Notes: generated by a model from the letters alone, not told the origin. A DNA stretch of 64,000 nt from an uncultured delta proteobacterium (GCA_963843145.1 CAWJJC010000028.1:722171-786170), one strand, 5' to 3'. Positions 20,143 to 31,594 are shown, counted from the first letter of the stretch. Numbers and translations: made by a program.

Positions 20143-21570
20143 TTAGGAAATGAGGCTCTTACAGGCCGTTCGGGCCAGATCGAAGAACCAGGTGGGGAGC
20201 GTCCCCAAAAGAATGATGGCCAGGATCAAACCCACGTTCAATAGTTTGCCGGAGAGCGTCAAGGAAATATTCGGCCGTTCGTCCGGATCCTGCCCGTAGG
20301 CCGAGCGGACCATATTTAAGTAGAAGAAAATGGAGATGGCCGTATTGACGGCGGCGAGGATCACCAGCGCCAGGTGGCCCGCCTTTAAGGCGGCGGTAAA
20401 TAGAAAAAGTTTTCCGGTAAAACCGGCCGTGGGAGGGATGCCGGCCAGAGCAAAAGCGCCCACCGCCAGGGTAAAAGCCAGGAGCGGCGACCGTTTATAG
20501 AGGCCGGAGAGGTCGGCCAGGCTGATATTCTCCCCCTGCCGGGAGATGAAACAGATGACCGAGAAACAGGCCAAGTTCATCAGCAGGTAGGCGGTCATAT
20601 GGAAAAAAGCAGCGGCATAGCCATTGCTGTTCAACGTCAAAACGCCCAGGAGTATATATCCGGCATGGGCAATGCTGGAATAGGCCAAGAGGCGTTTAAT
20701 ATCCCGCTGGACCAGGGCCACCAGGTTGCCGAAGGTCATGGAAACCGCCGCCAACAGGACCAGGATCTGAACCAGGTCGAGGTTGTCGGGACCGCCCAGA
20801 CTGACCATTCGCAGCAGCAGGGCCAGGCCGGCGAGTTTAGGCATGGTGGCGATAAAGGCGGTGGTTTCGTTGGCCGCGCCCTGGTAGACGTCGGGCGTCC
20901 AGAAATGGAAGGGGATTACCGCCAGTTTAAAGAAGAAACCGCTGAGCACCAGGAGCAGACCGACTACGCCCAGGGGGTGGGTCAAGACCAGGGGCAATTT
21001 CTGGATGATCACCGTGAGGTAGGTGGATTGGGTCAGTCCGAAGAGATAGCTCATGCCGAAGATCATGACCCCGGTGGCGGCGGCCCCGAAAATGATGTAT
21101 TTGATGGCCGCTTCCATCTGGTGCCCGGAATTCTGCTTTCGCAGAGGAATCAGGATATAGAGGGAATAGGAGGACAGTTCCATGGCGACAAAGATGGTCA
21201 GAAGTTCCACGCTGCTGACCAGGAGCGTCAAACCCAGGGAGCTTAAGACCATCAACATGAAATATTCGGGATGGAGTCGGTCGTCGATACTTATTAAATC
21301 ACGACCGATAAAGATTACCAGGAAGAGCCCGAGCTGAATCAGGACCTTGAAGGCCTGGGAAAAGAGGTCCACCCGATAGGCGTGATAAAAAAGCTCGCCG
21401 GATAAGGGGAGAGACAAAACGCTGATCGCCACCCCGGCGGCCGATAGCCAGAGGGCCAACAGATGGGTCACCCGGACCGGCGATGGCCATAAGGATCGGA
21501 CAAAGAAAAGCAGGGCCAAAAAGAGTAGATAGAGCTCCGGTAAAAATAGTTTAAGGTCCGATAATCCCAT
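20143..21570 (-). CDS. nuoN: NADH-quinone oxidoreductase subunit N
   Basis: PFHFWTPDVYQGA, KRLLAYSSIAHAGY. Confidence 0.93.
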   Translation of the reverse strand: MGLSDLKLFLPELYLLFLALLFFVRSLWPSPVRVTHLLALWLSAAGVAISVLSLPLSGELFYHAYRVDLFSQAFKVLIQLGLFLVIFIGRDLISIDDRLHPEYFMLMVLSSLGLTLLVSSVELLTIFVAMELSSYSLYILIPLRKQNSGHQMEAAIKYIIFGAAATGVMIFGMSYLFGLTQSTYLTVIIQKLPLVLTHPLGVVGLLLVLSGFFFKLAVIPFHFWTPDVYQGAANETTAFIATMPKLAGLALLLRMVSLGGPDNLDLVQILVLLAAVSMTFGNLVALVQRDIKRLLAYSSIAHAGYILLGVLTLNSNGYAAAFFHMTAYLLMNLACFSVICFISRQGENISLADLSGLYKRSPLLAFTLAVGAFALAGIPPTAGFTGKLFLFTAALKAGHLALVILAAVNTAISIFFYLNMVRSAYGQDPDERPNISLTLSGKLLNVGLILAIILLGTLPTWFFDLARTACKSLIS

Positions 21571-21619
21571 TTCTTATTCCATCCCAGGTCCTGTAATTGC
21601 TTTCCAGAGAAAAGGTTTC

Positions 21620-23131
21620 TTAGCGCAGCCAGGCCACGACCTGGCCGCCGACCTGCACCTGCTGGATCAGATGGTCCACCGTGGCGTGCATGACCTCCAG
21701 AAAAGGACCCGGGCCGAAGCCTATCCAGAGCACCAACAAAGCCAGGGGAACCAGATAAATGAATTCCCGCACATTCAGGTCGAAAAAATGGTGGCCCTCC
21801 CCCTCTTCTTCCCGCTTCCCCCAGGCGATCTTTTGCAGCAGACGGAGCATATAGGCGGCCGCCAGGACCACGCCGGGTATGGTCAGGAAGCCATAGACTT
21901 TATGGCCGGTAAAAGTGCCGATCAAGACCAAGAGCTCGCCGACGAAACTGTTGGTTCCGGGAAAGGCCATGGAGGAAAGGGAAAATAAGCCGAAAAAAGC
22001 GACATAGAGGGGCATGATCTTCCCCAGGCCGGAGTTGACCGTAATCAAACGACTGTGAGTGCGTTCGTAGATAATGCCCACGCCCAGGAAAAGGCCCCCG
22101 GTAGTGATGCCATGGTTGATCATTTGCAGGATACCCCCCTCGAGACCGTACTTATTAAAAATGAACGTCCCCAGAGTGACAAAACCCATGTGGGCCACGC
22201 TGGAATAGGCGATCAGGCGCTTCATGTCGGTTTGCCCCAGGGCTACATATCCACCATAGATGATGGAAATAACGGACAGTATCAGAATCAACGGCGCGAA
22301 ATAAATACTGGCCTCCGGGGTGATGGGCAGGCAGAAGCGCAGAAAACCGTAGGTCCCCATTTTTAAGAGGATACTGGCCAGGATGACACTGCCGGCCGTG
22401 GGGGCCTCTACGTGGGCCGCGGGCAACCAGGTGTGGAAAGGGGCCATGGGAACCTTGATGGCAAAGGCAATGGCAAAGGCCAGGAAGATCCAGAACTGGA
22501 ACTGAAAGGAATAAGGCTGAGACATCATTTCCGGGATGCTGAAGCTCCCGGTTTTTAGAAAGAGGGCGATCATGGCCACCAGGAGGAAAACGCTCCCGGC
22601 CATAGTATAAATAAAAAACTTAATGGAAGCATAGACCTTTTCCGGGCCGCCCCAGACGGCGATCAGGAGATACATGGGGACCAGCATGGCTTCCCAGAAG
22701 ATATAGAAGAGGACGAAATCCAGGGCCGAGAAGACGCCGACACAGGCGGTTTCCATGAGCAGGAGACAGAAGTGAAATTCCCGGACCCGTTTGGAGATAT
22801 ATTTCCAGGAGGAGAGGACGCAGATCGGGGTGATTAAAGTGCTCAACAACACCAGGAGCAGGCTGATGCCGTCCACCCCCAGGGTGTAATTAATCTTAAA
22901 AAAGGGGATCCAGGAGACGTGTTCACCGAACTGGTACTTATAGGTGGAGGCGTCGAAATAGAAGTAGAGCGGCCAGGAGAGCACCATGGTGACCAGGCTG
23001 ATCAATAGGGTCCAGACCTTGGCGGCCGTTTCATTTTTCAACAAAAAGAGGACCAGGGCACCGGCCAGGGGCAGAAAGATAAGGGTACTCAGGATCGGAA
23101 AATTGAGGGGGTTGAGAATCAGGAAATCCAT
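21620..23131 (-). CDS. nuoM: NADH-quinone oxidoreductase subunit M
   Basis: PFHTWLPAAHVEAPTAGS, LLKMGTYG. Confidence 0.94.
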   Translation of the reverse strand: MDFLILNPLNFPILSTLIFLPLAGALVLFLLKNETAAKVWTLLISLVTMVLSWPLYFYFDASTYKYQFGEHVSWIPFFKINYTLGVDGISLLLVLLSTLITPICVLSSWKYISKRVREFHFCLLLMETACVGVFSALDFVLFYIFWEAMLVPMYLLIAVWGGPEKVYASIKFFIYTMAGSVFLLVAMIALFLKTGSFSIPEMMSQPYSFQFQFWIFLAFAIAFAIKVPMAPFHTWLPAAHVEAPTAGSVILASILLKMGTYGFLRFCLPITPEASIYFAPLILILSVISIIYGGYVALGQTDMKRLIAYSSVAHMGFVTLGTFIFNKYGLEGGILQMINHGITTGGLFLGVGIIYERTHSRLITVNSGLGKIMPLYVAFFGLFSLSSMAFPGTNSFVGELLVLIGTFTGHKVYGFLTIPGVVLAAAYMLRLLQKIAWGKREEEGEGHHFFDLNVREFIYLVPLALLVLWIGFGPGPFLEVMHATVDHLIQQVQVGGQVVAWLR

Positions 23132-23157
23132 GCTTTTCTATCCACCCTGTTCCTTGC

Positions 23158-24915
23158 TCAGGTTAAAAGATAAACACCTACGATGGCAAAAATCGCCACC
23201 AGGGCCAGGGCCAGGTAATATTGAAGATTACCGCTCTCGACGACGCGGATCTTTTCCCCCACTCCTCGGGTCCCGTAGGCTACATTATCCACCACGCCAT
23301 CGATGCCCCAGCGGTCAAACCAGGCAAAAAAGCGGGCCAGGGACATTAAGATCCGCAGGACCACGGTCCGGTAAAACTCCCCCCAGGCCTGATCCAGACC
23401 TTGCAGGGGACGACGGGCGAACCAGAAAAAACCGGAAATAAGGCCTCGTACGAAAAAGTCGAAATCCAGGTTAATCTTGCCTTCCGGCGCCAGCTTTTTG
23501 ACCAGCAAAAAGAAACCCAGGCCGGTAAAGAGCAGGATCTGGACGGTTTCCGAAAGGTGATAGGACGAATAGGGATTGAACTCCACCGGGTAGGGCAGCA
23601 GCTCATAGAGGGCCCGGGGATACACGCCGATGATCAGGCAGAGGAGGGAGGTCAACCCCATGGCCCAGAGCATATTCTTAGGCGGTTCCTTGGGCCTCAG
23701 GCCGCAGTCCTTGCCGAACCAGGCGAAATACGGCAGCTTCAACCCCACGGACAGAAAGGTGCCCACCGAGGCCAGCAGGAGCAGGAGCATCAGGTTCGGA
23801 TGATGGGCCTCCCCGGCCCCGGCGATGACCAGGGACTTGCTGACGAAGCCGCTGAACAGGGGAAACCCCGAAATGGATATCCCGCCCACCACATAAAAAA
23901 TCAGGGTTAAAGGCATGTACTTGTACAGGCCGCCCAGTTCGTTTAACTTCGAACGCCCGGTCATCTGCAGCACCGCGCCGGCTCCCATGAACAGCAGGGC
24001 CTTGTAGAGAATATGAGCATAGGCATGGGCGCAGGCCCCGTTGAGGGCCAATTCCGTACCGATCCCCACCCCGGCCACCATGTAGCCCACCTGGCTGATA
24101 ATGTGGTAGGCCAGGATACGGCGCATATCGTTTTCAATGGTCGCGTAGATGACGCCGTAGATGGTCATGACCGTGCCCATAATGGCCAGCACCTCGTAGC
24201 CGGGGAAGCCCCGGGCCAGCACATAGACGGCTGTCTTGGTGGTGTAGGCGCACATAAAGACGGCGCCGGTCACCGTGGCCTCGGGATAGGCATCGGGCAG
24301 CCAGGCGTGAAGCGGGAAGACTGCCGCGTTCAAGCAAAAGCCGGCCAGAATGAGATACTGGGCCAGTCCGGCCCCGGCCTCCGGGATCAGGATGAAGGCC
24401 ATGCTGCCGGTCTGCTGATAATTGAGCACGATCCCGGCCAGGAGCAACAGCCCGCCGAAGACGTGCCAGAGGAGGTAGCGGAAGCCGGCCCGGATCGAGA
24501 CCGGGACCCGGCGGGCCCAGATCAGAAAGACCGAACCGAAGGCCATCATCTCCCAGAAGATGAAGACCGTCAGAAAATCCCCGGCAAAGGTGACGCCCAG
24601 GGAACCGCCGATATAGAAGCAGGCCGCCACCTGCTGCCCGGGATCTTTTATGTGCAGTCCGTAAAGGAACCCGAGGATGGACATGAGGGTGAAGACATGG
24701 GCGAAGATGATGCTCAGCTTGTCCACTCGGCCGACGACGATCTCAAAGCCCAGGTAGTGGAAGCCGCCGTAGACCCCGGGGGTCATGGTCAGCACATCCA
24801 AGAAGGCCAGGGCCGGAAGGACCAGCAGGTAGATCTGCCGCAGGCGGCCGGGCAGCAGGGGAATCAGCAAGGCCCCAAAGATATAAATCAGACCCGGGTG
24901 GATCCAGTTATCCAT
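23158..24915 (-). CDS. MrpD/NuoL-like antiporter subunit (585 aa)
   Basis: PLHAWLPDAYPEA, RRILAYHIISQVG, long C-terminal amphipathic stretch. Confidence 0.85.
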   Translation of the reverse strand: MDNWIHPGLIYIFGALLIPLLPGRLRQIYLLVLPALAFLDVLTMTPGVYGGFHYLGFEIVVGRVDKLSIIFAHVFTLMSILGFLYGLHIKDPGQQVAACFYIGGSLGVTFAGDFLTVFIFWEMMAFGSVFLIWARRVPVSIRAGFRYLLWHVFGGLLLLAGIVLNYQQTGSMAFILIPEAGAGLAQYLILAGFCLNAAVFPLHAWLPDAYPEATVTGAVFMCAYTTKTAVYVLARGFPGYEVLAIMGTVMTIYGVIYATIENDMRRILAYHIISQVGYMVAGVGIGTELALNGACAHAYAHILYKALLFMGAGAVLQMTGRSKLNELGGLYKYMPLTLIFYVVGGISISGFPLFSGFVSKSLVIAGAGEAHHPNLMLLLLLASVGTFLSVGLKLPYFAWFGKDCGLRPKEPPKNMLWAMGLTSLLCLIIGVYPRALYELLPYPVEFNPYSSYHLSETVQILLFTGLGFFLLVKKLAPEGKINLDFDFFVRGLISGFFWFARRPLQGLDQAWGEFYRTVVLRILMSLARFFAWFDRWGIDGVVDNVAYGTRGVGEKIRVVESGNLQYYLALALVAIFAIVGVYLLT

Positions 24916-25156
24916 AAAAATCCTCCCGCCGGCCGAGAATGGTGTGGGCCAGACCCTTACTCACCCGAATCAAAACGATGCAGCCCACGAATCCAAAGAC
25001 GGCCCAAAATCCCGGGATCCGATCTCCAAAAAAATGCGCTTCATAACGGGGGACCAGGAAATCAAAGACAATGGCCAGACCCATGAGGGCGTAGAGAAAA
25101 ATCTTCAGGCCCTTTAGACGATTTCGTAAAAAATCCATCGGTTCGGCCCAGTTCAT
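24908..25156 (-). CDS. small two-TM membrane protein
   Basis: 82 aa, hydrophobic, overlaps both neighbours. Confidence 0.75.
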   Translation of the reverse strand: MNWAEPMDFLRNRLKGLKIFLYALMGLAIVFDFLVPRYEAHFFGDRIPGFWAVFGFVGCIVLIRVSKGLAHTILGRREDFYG

Positions 25157-26619
25157 CGGAGCACCACCTTGATGATATTCATAAAATAATCGGGATAAAG
25201 GCCTAACAGCACCGAGGCCAGGGCCGTCAGCAGCAGCGGGACCACCATGAAGGCCGGGGCTTCGTGATAGCCCCGGCCCTCCGGGGGTTTTTCGAAGTAG
25301 GCCTTATAGAGGATGGGAGCGAAATATCCGGCATTGAGAATGGTGCTGCCCAGGAGGAAAAAAAGGAGGGAGGGGGCCTTGGCCTCCAGGGCGCCGAGGA
25401 GCAGGTACCATTTGGTCACGAAGCCACAGACCAAAGGCACGCCGATCATGCTTAAGGAGGCCACGCCGAAGGCACCCATGGTAAAGGGCATGGTCCGGCC
25501 GGCGCCGCTCAGGTCGCTGATCTTCTTGGTGTGCAGGGCCACGTAGATGGCGCCGGCGCCCATGAAGAGGGTGATCTTGGAAAAGGCGTGGTTGACGATA
25601 TGGATCAGCCCGCCGGCGATCCCGCTGGGGGTCAGCAAGGCCACACCCAGGACGATATACGACAACTGGCTGACCGTGGAATAGGCTAGTCGGGCCTTGA
25701 GGTCGTCTTTGGTCAGGGCGATCACCGAGGCGGTGACAATGGTGATGCCGGCGAGGAAAGCGGTGGGCAGGCCCAGATGCAGGTGGTCCAGCAGGTTTAC
25801 CCCGAAGACGGAGAGCATGACCCGGCAGATACAGAAGACGCCGGCCTTGACCACGGCCACGGCATGGAGCAGGGCGCTGACCGGGGTAGGGGCCACCATG
25901 GCCGAAGGCAGCCAGTTATGGAGGGGCATGATGGCCGCCTTGGTCAGACCGGCAATGTAGAAGATGTAGATAACGGTCACCAGCAGCGGGTTGGCGTCGG
26001 CCGGAAACATCCCCTGGGCGATCCCCACGGGGAAATCCAGGGTACCGGTCAGGACATAGGTCAGGATAATGGCCGGCAGCAGAAAGGCCTTGGCCGTGCC
26101 GGTCAGATAGACCATGTACTTGCGGGCCCCTTCAAAGGCCTCGGCGTCCTGATGATGGGCGACTAACGGATAGGTGTAGATGGTAATGAGTTCGTAAAAG
26201 AGATAAAAACTGAAGAGGTTGCCGGAAAAGGCCACGCCCACGGCCCCGACGATGGCGACGGCAAAACAGTGGTAGTAGCGGGTCTGGGCGTGCTCCTCCA
26301 GGGCACGCATGTAGCCGATATTGTAAAAGGAGACCAGGATCCAGAGAAAGGAGGAAATGGTGGCGAAAATCATCCCCAGGGCGTCCACCCGGAACTTGAA
26401 GCTGATTCCCGGCAGGATAACGAAGGGGGTGCATTCGATCATCTTCCCGGCCAGGATCTCCGGAGTCATGGAGAGGACGGTCAGGAAAGTCACCACGGCC
26501 CCCAGGACGGACCAGGCCTCCCGGAGATTGGGCTTTTTCCCGGAGGCCATGATCAGGATGGCGGTCAGGGAGGCGATCAAGACCGCAATGAAAGGTTTGC
26601 TGGAGTAGATGATGTCCAT
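25153..26619 (-). CDS. MrpD-family cation/H+ antiporter-like subunit (488 aa)
   Basis: PLHNWLPSAMVAPTPVSALLHAVAVVK, ARLAYSTVSQL. Confidence 0.88.
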   Translation of the reverse strand: MDIIYSSKPFIAVLIASLTAILIMASGKKPNLREAWSVLGAVVTFLTVLSMTPEILAGKMIECTPFVILPGISFKFRVDALGMIFATISSFLWILVSFYNIGYMRALEEHAQTRYYHCFAVAIVGAVGVAFSGNLFSFYLFYELITIYTYPLVAHHQDAEAFEGARKYMVYLTGTAKAFLLPAIILTYVLTGTLDFPVGIAQGMFPADANPLLVTVIYIFYIAGLTKAAIMPLHNWLPSAMVAPTPVSALLHAVAVVKAGVFCICRVMLSVFGVNLLDHLHLGLPTAFLAGITIVTASVIALTKDDLKARLAYSTVSQLSYIVLGVALLTPSGIAGGLIHIVNHAFSKITLFMGAGAIYVALHTKKISDLSGAGRTMPFTMGAFGVASLSMIGVPLVCGFVTKWYLLLGALEAKAPSLLFFLLGSTILNAGYFAPILYKAYFEKPPEGRGYHEAPAFMVVPLLLTALASVLLGLYPDYFMNIIKVVLR

Positions 26620-26633
26620 GGTCTCGGAGACGC

Positions 26634-26942
26634 CTATCCTTTCAGTTCGCTGACGGTGTCCACCCGGATTTCCTTGAACCGGCGGTAGACGGCAATGATG
26701 ATGCTCAGGGCAATGGCCGCTTCGGCGGCGGCCACCCCCATGATGAACAGGGTAAAGATTTGACCTACCGTCGGGTCAGGGGTCAAGAACATATTAAAGG
26801 CCATAAAATTCAAACCGGCGCCATTAAGGATCAGTTCGGTGGCGATCAACATGCCGATCAGGGAGGTGTGCTGCAACAGACCAAAAATTCCGATGCAGAA
26901 CATCAGGGCGCCTAAAACCAGGTAGCTAGACAGGCTTTCCAT
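26634..26942 (-). CDS. nuoK: NADH-quinone oxidoreductase subunit K
   Basis: ELILNG, AAAEAAI. Confidence 0.92.
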   Translation of the reverse strand: MESLSSYLVLGALMFCIGIFGLLQHTSLIGMLIATELILNGAGLNFMAFNMFLTPDPTVGQIFTLFIMGVAAAEAAIALSIIIAVYRRFKEIRVDTVSELKG

Positions 26943-26944
26943 GG

Positions 26945-27484
26945 CTACTTCCTTTCCCGGCCCAAGGCCAGGTTGGTGATCAGGATCGCCCCGATGATGG
27001 CCACGACCAGCAGGAGGGAGATCAATTCAAAGACCAGAAAGTACCGGGTCAGCAAGGCCTGCCCGAGGCTCTTGGTGGTCCAATCACGGGCTGGAGCTGC
27101 CCAGGGAGCCCATTGGGCGTTGAGGATCATTTGGATTATGGCGATGAAAGCAATAACGCTGACGACCAAGGCCACGACCACCTTGGTAAGAGAAGGTTTT
27201 CTTAAGTCCAAATCCAAAGGTGGAGAAAGCATGATGGCAAAAATATAGGTAACGCAAATGGCCCCCACATAAATCAATAATTGCATCATGGCCACAAATT
27301 GGCTTCCTAAAAATAGATAAATCCCGGCTATGCCGAACATGGCCTGGGCCAGCCCCAGGACGTTGTGGACGATTTTTGAGGGAATTACGGCCAGTACTGC
27401 ACCGGTCAGGGTAATAAAAATCATAATCCAGAAGGCCACTTGGGCCACCAGGATCGGCGGTATGAAATCTGCAATGGTATTCAT
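26945..27484 (-). CDS. nuoJ: NADH-quinone oxidoreductase subunit J
   Basis: QLLIYVGAI, FELISLLL; ATG 27484. Confidence 0.9.
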   Translation of the reverse strand: MNTIADFIPPILVAQVAFWIMIFITLTGAVLAVIPSKIVHNVLGLAQAMFGIAGIYLFLGSQFVAMMQLLIYVGAICVTYIFAIMLSPPLDLDLRKPSLTKVVVALVVSVIAFIAIIQMILNAQWAPWAAPARDWTTKSLGQALLTRYFLVFELISLLLVVAIIGAILITNLALGRERK

Positions 27485-27942
27485 CGGCTTTTCTCTAAGC
27501 GCCCCATGATATCTATCACCGTATCCCAACGGGAATAAAAGACCAACTCGTATTCCTTGGAGAATTTAAGCGTTTGTTTCGGGCAGAGATCGACGCACAA
27601 GCCGCAAAGGCTGCACTTGGAAAAATCAATATAATAGCGATATCCGTATTTCAAGCCCCCGGCCCTGGCTTTCCCCCCCTGGACTTTAATGACATGGGAA
27701 GGGCAGACGCGCGCGCATAGGCCGCAAGCCACGCAATGATGGGTCTTGGTGTCGTCAAAGCGGATGGCTTCGATGTGTCCCCTGAAATTGGGGGTCATGG
27801 TCAGTTTCTGCCGGGGGTATTGGACCGTCACAATGCGGGTGAAAAGACGTTTCAAGGTGATCCACAGCCCGACTACCAGGCTCTTGCCACCCGTTAGGAT
27901 CTCCTCAAAGTACTGAATAAAGGCATTGGGGGGGGTATTCAT
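27481..27942 (-). CDS. nuoI: NADH-quinone oxidoreductase subunit I
   Basis: TVQYP, FRG, CVACGLCARVCP, CSLCGLCVDLCP. Confidence 0.92.
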   Translation of the reverse strand: MNTPPNAFIQYFEEILTGGKSLVVGLWITLKRLFTRIVTVQYPRQKLTMTPNFRGHIEAIRFDDTKTHHCVACGLCARVCPSHVIKVQGGKARAGGLKYGYRYYIDFSKCSLCGLCVDLCPKQTLKFSKEYELVFYSRWDTVIDIMGRLEKSR

Positions 27943-27943
27943 C

Positions 27944-28942
27944 TTAAATAACCTTAAGGACAATGGCGGTAATCAGAAGATTGACCAAGGCAAAGGGGAT
28001 CAGGACCTTCCAGGCGAAATTCATCAGTTGATCGAAGCGGATTCGGGGATAAGTCCAGCGGGCCCACATGACCACGAAGATCAGAAAATAGGTTTTAATC
28101 AGAAACCAGATCATTCCTGAGAAAAAAGGTCCGTACCAGCCCCCCAGGAAAAGGACCGTAAACATGGAGGCGGCTATGACCATATTGGTATATTCCGCCA
28201 GAAAGAAGAGCGAAAAACGCATACCGGTATATTCGGTATGAAAGCCGGAAACCAGCTCCGATTCGGCCTCCACCAGATCAAAGGGTGCCCGGTTGGTTTC
28301 AGCCGTGGTGGCAATGAAAAAGATAAGGGCGGCAATGGGCTGATAGAAGATAAACCAAAGGGAAGACTGCGCCCGGACGATATCACCCATTTTAAAGGTG
28401 TTGGTCATGATAATGACCGACATGGTGGCCAAGAGCAAGGGGATCTCATAGGCCACATTCTGGGCCACCGACCGGATGGCGCCGATCAGGGAATATTTAT
28501 TATTGGAGGACCATCCGGCCATCAGGATCGAGATGACGGAAATACTGGAAAAGGCAAAGATGAGCAGGATGCCGACATTCACATCCTTAACCTGCATCAG
28601 CGGGCTGAAAGGGATCGGCACAAAACCGACAAAGGCCGGAGCGACGACAATGATGGGGGCCAGAAAGAAGATCAATTTGTCGGTGGATTGCGGGGTGACC
28701 AATTCCTTGCCCAGCAGTTTCACGGCGTCGATCAGGGTCTGGAGTATTCCATGAGGTCCGACTTCCATCGGCCCGGGCCGGAGCTGGATATGGCCGGCCA
28801 CTTTACGTTCTACCAGGACCAGGAAAGCGACGTTTAGTGGAACAATAGCGGCAATGATCAGCAGTCCGACAATGCCGGCCGTGACGTCGGAGCCCAGGAA
28901 AGCATAAATATCTTTGAGGTAGGGAAGTTGGGTAATATTCAC
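27944..28942 (-). CDS. nuoH: NADH-quinone oxidoreductase subunit H
   Basis: [31 protein letters not shown]. Confidence 0.95.
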   Translation of the reverse strand: MNITQLPYLKDIYAFLGSDVTAGIVGLLIIAAIVPLNVAFLVLVERKVAGHIQLRPGPMEVGPHGILQTLIDAVKLLGKELVTPQSTDKLIFFLAPIIVVAPAFVGFVPIPFSPLMQVKDVNVGILLIFAFSSISVISILMAGWSSNNKYSLIGAIRSVAQNVAYEIPLLLATMSVIIMTNTFKMGDIVRAQSSLWFIFYQPIAALIFFIATTAETNRAPFDLVEAESELVSGFHTEYTGMRFSLFFLAEYTNMVIAASMFTVLFLGGWYGPFFSGMIWFLIKTYFLIFVVMWARWTYPRIRFDQLMNFAWKVLIPFALVNLLITAIVLKVI

Positions 28943-30066
28943 CGATCAATCTCCGGAACGGTCACATCGATACTCCCGAAAATGGCGATGACATCAGCCA
29001 GGAAATGTCCCGGACAGATCTCGGTCAGGACGAATAAATTAGAAAAGGAGGGGGCCCGCACCTTGATACGATAAGGGACCCGGGACCCGTCGCTGACGAT
29101 ATAAAAACCCACGGCTCCGCGAGCGCTCTCAAAGGTGCAATAATAATCGCCTTCCGGCGGGGTGACAAACATGGGCACCTTGGCCCGGATCGGTCCCGGA
29201 GGGAGATGGTCCAGGGCCTGCTCGATGATGTTCAGGCTTTGCTCCATCTCGGCCATTCGGACCTGATAACGGGCCAGGCAATCTCCGGCTTCTCGGGTTG
29301 GAATCTCGAACCTAAACTCCGGATAGGCCGAGTAGGGTTCCTGCTTGCGGACATCATAGGCGACCCCGGAACCTCGCAAGGTCGGACCGGTGACCCCATA
29401 TTCCAGGGCCACTTCCTTGGTAATGACGCCCACGTCCTGAGACCGCTTGATAAAGATGATATTTTGGTTGATCAGATTTTCGTAATCCCAGAACCGGCCG
29501 CGCAACCGATCGATAAAGCGGCGGGTCCCGTCATAAAATTCCTTGGTAATATCGTTGCGAACCCCGCCAAAACGACCGTAACTGTAGGTCAGGCGGGAAC
29601 CGGTTATCCCTTCTAAAAGATCCAGAATATGTTCCCGATCATCCCAACCCCAAAGAAAAGGGGTGATGGCCCCGAGTCCCATGGCGTAGTCCATGGCCCC
29701 GATGAAATGGCTGGCGATGCGGTTCAATTCCGAGGTGATGACCCGGATGTATTCCGCCCTTCGAGGGACCTCGATGCCGCAGAGTTTTTCCACGGCCATA
29801 CAATAGCCGTGGTTAAAGATCATGCCGGAAAGATAATCCATCCGGGCCGGATTGGGCAGAAATTGTTCATAGGTCCGGTTTTCGGCCATTTTTTCATGGC
29901 CTCGGTGGGAGTAGCCGATGATTGGTTCTACTTTGATCACCACTTCCCCATCGAGGGTCACCAAGAGGTGCATGACCCCATGGGTGCTGGGGTGCTGAGG
30001 GCCAAGGTTGAGTTGATAGACCCGCTGGTCGATAGAGGTATCGTCTATGGTTTTAGGGTTCAGCAT
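28939..30066 (-). CDS. nuoD: NADH-quinone oxidoreductase subunit D
   Basis: [24 protein letters not shown]; no NiFe CxxC motifs. Confidence 0.94.
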   Translation of the reverse strand: MLNPKTIDDTSIDQRVYQLNLGPQHPSTHGVMHLLVTLDGEVVIKVEPIIGYSHRGHEKMAENRTYEQFLPNPARMDYLSGMIFNHGYCMAVEKLCGIEVPRRAEYIRVITSELNRIASHFIGAMDYAMGLGAITPFLWGWDDREHILDLLEGITGSRLTYSYGRFGGVRNDITKEFYDGTRRFIDRLRGRFWDYENLINQNIIFIKRSQDVGVITKEVALEYGVTGPTLRGSGVAYDVRKQEPYSAYPEFRFEIPTREAGDCLARYQVRMAEMEQSLNIIEQALDHLPPGPIRAKVPMFVTPPEGDYYCTFESARGAVGFYIVSDGSRVPYRIKVRAPSFSNLFVLTEICPGHFLADVIAIFGSIDVTVPEIDR

Positions 30067-30554
30067 AGGATGTCGTCTATCTCAGTGGTAAATTTGGTCT
30101 TGCCGAAATTCTTTAACAACGGAAAATATTCCGCATCATCGGGATTGATGATGCGTTTGAGGTCCGGGTGTCCTTGAAAGCGGATTCCGAAAAAATCGTA
30201 GACCTCCCGCTCCAGCCAGATGGCCTCGGGATAGATGTCCCAGACGCTGAAGGGCCTGATCTCCCGGAGAAGTTTGACGCGGGCCATTACCCGGAAGCAG
30301 GCCTCGTGGTAAGTGCTGAATAAATAGATCAGGTGAAAATATTCCAAAAAATCCACGGCCGTAACGGTTTCCAGGAAAAAACGCCTATCTTTCATCTCCC
30401 GCGCCACCCGGCGCATGCCGCGCATGATCAGCCGCACTTCCAGGTGATAGCCGCATTCCCGGTAATCCCGGTCATGCAGTTCAGCCTCGGGAATTACCTG
30501 AAGCAGACTATTTCTTACGTTTTCGAGCGGCTTTGTCGGCTCTGCGGTTGGCAT
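30060..30554 (-). CDS. nuoC: NADH-quinone oxidoreductase subunit C
   Basis: [23 protein letters not shown]. Confidence 0.92.
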   Translation of the reverse strand: MPTAEPTKPLENVRNSLLQVIPEAELHDRDYRECGYHLEVRLIMRGMRRVAREMKDRRFFLETVTAVDFLEYFHLIYLFSTYHEACFRVMARVKLLREIRPFSVWDIYPEAIWLEREVYDFFGIRFQGHPDLKRIINPDDAEYFPLLKNFGKTKFTTEIDDILC

Positions 30555-31074
30555 CTATGATTCCCTTGGTAATCTTGGTTTGTATCTTTATAAATCCCTG
30601 GAGCAGGGCCTCCGGTCGAGGGGGGCACCCGGGGATATAGACATCCACCGGGATAATTTTGTCCGCCCCATTGACGATAGCGTACTGCCCGTCATAAGAA
30701 AAAGGCCCTCCGGAGATGGCGCAGTTACCCATGGCAATAACATAGCGGGGGGCCGGCATCTGATCATAAAGGGTCTTGATGGTCGAAACCAGTTTATGGG
30801 GTATGGTTCCGGCCACCACCATGACATCGGATTGCCGAGGAGTGCCTCGAGGAATGATGCCGAATCGGTCCCAGTCAAACCGGGCCACCCCGGCGGCCAT
30901 CATTTCGATGGCGCAACAGGCGATCCCAAAAGTCAGGGGCCAGAGGGCATTGACCCGGGCCAAATCCAGGAGATCCTGCACGGGGGCAAAGCCCACCACT
31001 GCCGGGCTTTCCACATAATCCTGGGAAAGGTCCCTGGAGGGGATGCAAATTGGAACGTTTCCCTTTACCTCCAT
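30508..31074 (-). CDS. nuoB: NADH-quinone oxidoreductase subunit B
   Basis: [19 protein letters not shown]. Confidence 0.95.
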   Translation of the reverse strand: MEVKGNVPICIPSRDLSQDYVESPAVVGFAPVQDLLDLARVNALWPLTFGIACCAIEMMAAGVARFDWDRFGIIPRGTPRQSDVMVVAGTIPHKLVSTIKTLYDQMPAPRYVIAMGNCAISGGPFSYDGQYAIVNGADKIIPVDVYIPGCPPRPEALLQGFIKIQTKITKGIIDANRRADKAARKRKK

Positions 31075-31448
31075 CGGAAGGCTCCTTTACGCCAGGCATA
31101 GACAATGGCCAAAGATATTAAAAAGAGAAAGATAAACAACTCGAGCAGCTCGAAAGCTCCCGTTCCTCTTTGATAGGCCATGAGGACCGGAAAGAGATAG
31201 AGCACATCTACATCGAAGGCCAGAAAGATCAAGGCAAAAAGGTAGTAGGAGGCCCCAAACTGCATCCAGGCCGTCCCGATAGGAGGCATCCCGCTTTCGT
31301 AGGTCACCAGCCTTTTTTCTCCATAGATCCGGGGACCGAGCACGAAATTGATGACCACCATGGAGAGGGGTAATATCAGGCCAAAAAAGAAGAATATGAA
31401 GACAAACAAGAATTCACCGAGGCCGGCTTGTACCATCTGGGAAAACAA
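31065..31448 (-). CDS. nuoA: NADH-quinone oxidoreductase subunit A
   Basis: YESGMPP, FLAFDVD, YAWRKG. Confidence 0.92.
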   Translation of the reverse strand: MFSQMVQAGLGEFLFVFIFFFFGLILPLSMVVINFVLGPRIYGEKRLVTYESGMPPIGTAWMQFGASYYLFALIFLAFDVDVLYLFPVLMAYQRGTGAFELLELFIFLFLISLAIVYAWRKGAFRWR

Positions 31449-31594
31449 GGGGCGGTCCTCCTTTTTAGCCCAAGAATACCCTGTTCTTCAGGCTTGTTTA
31501 ACTAACCCACCGAGTGGGTTCAGGTCAAGGAAAAAATAAGGGCAACTGAGAAAAACATAATGGGAAAAATAGGGTATAGCCGTAAAAAAACTAT

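Noticed and set aside
28939-31074. Group 4 NiFe hydrogenase
   Set aside because: Large subunit lacks both CxxC motifs and has NuoD signatures
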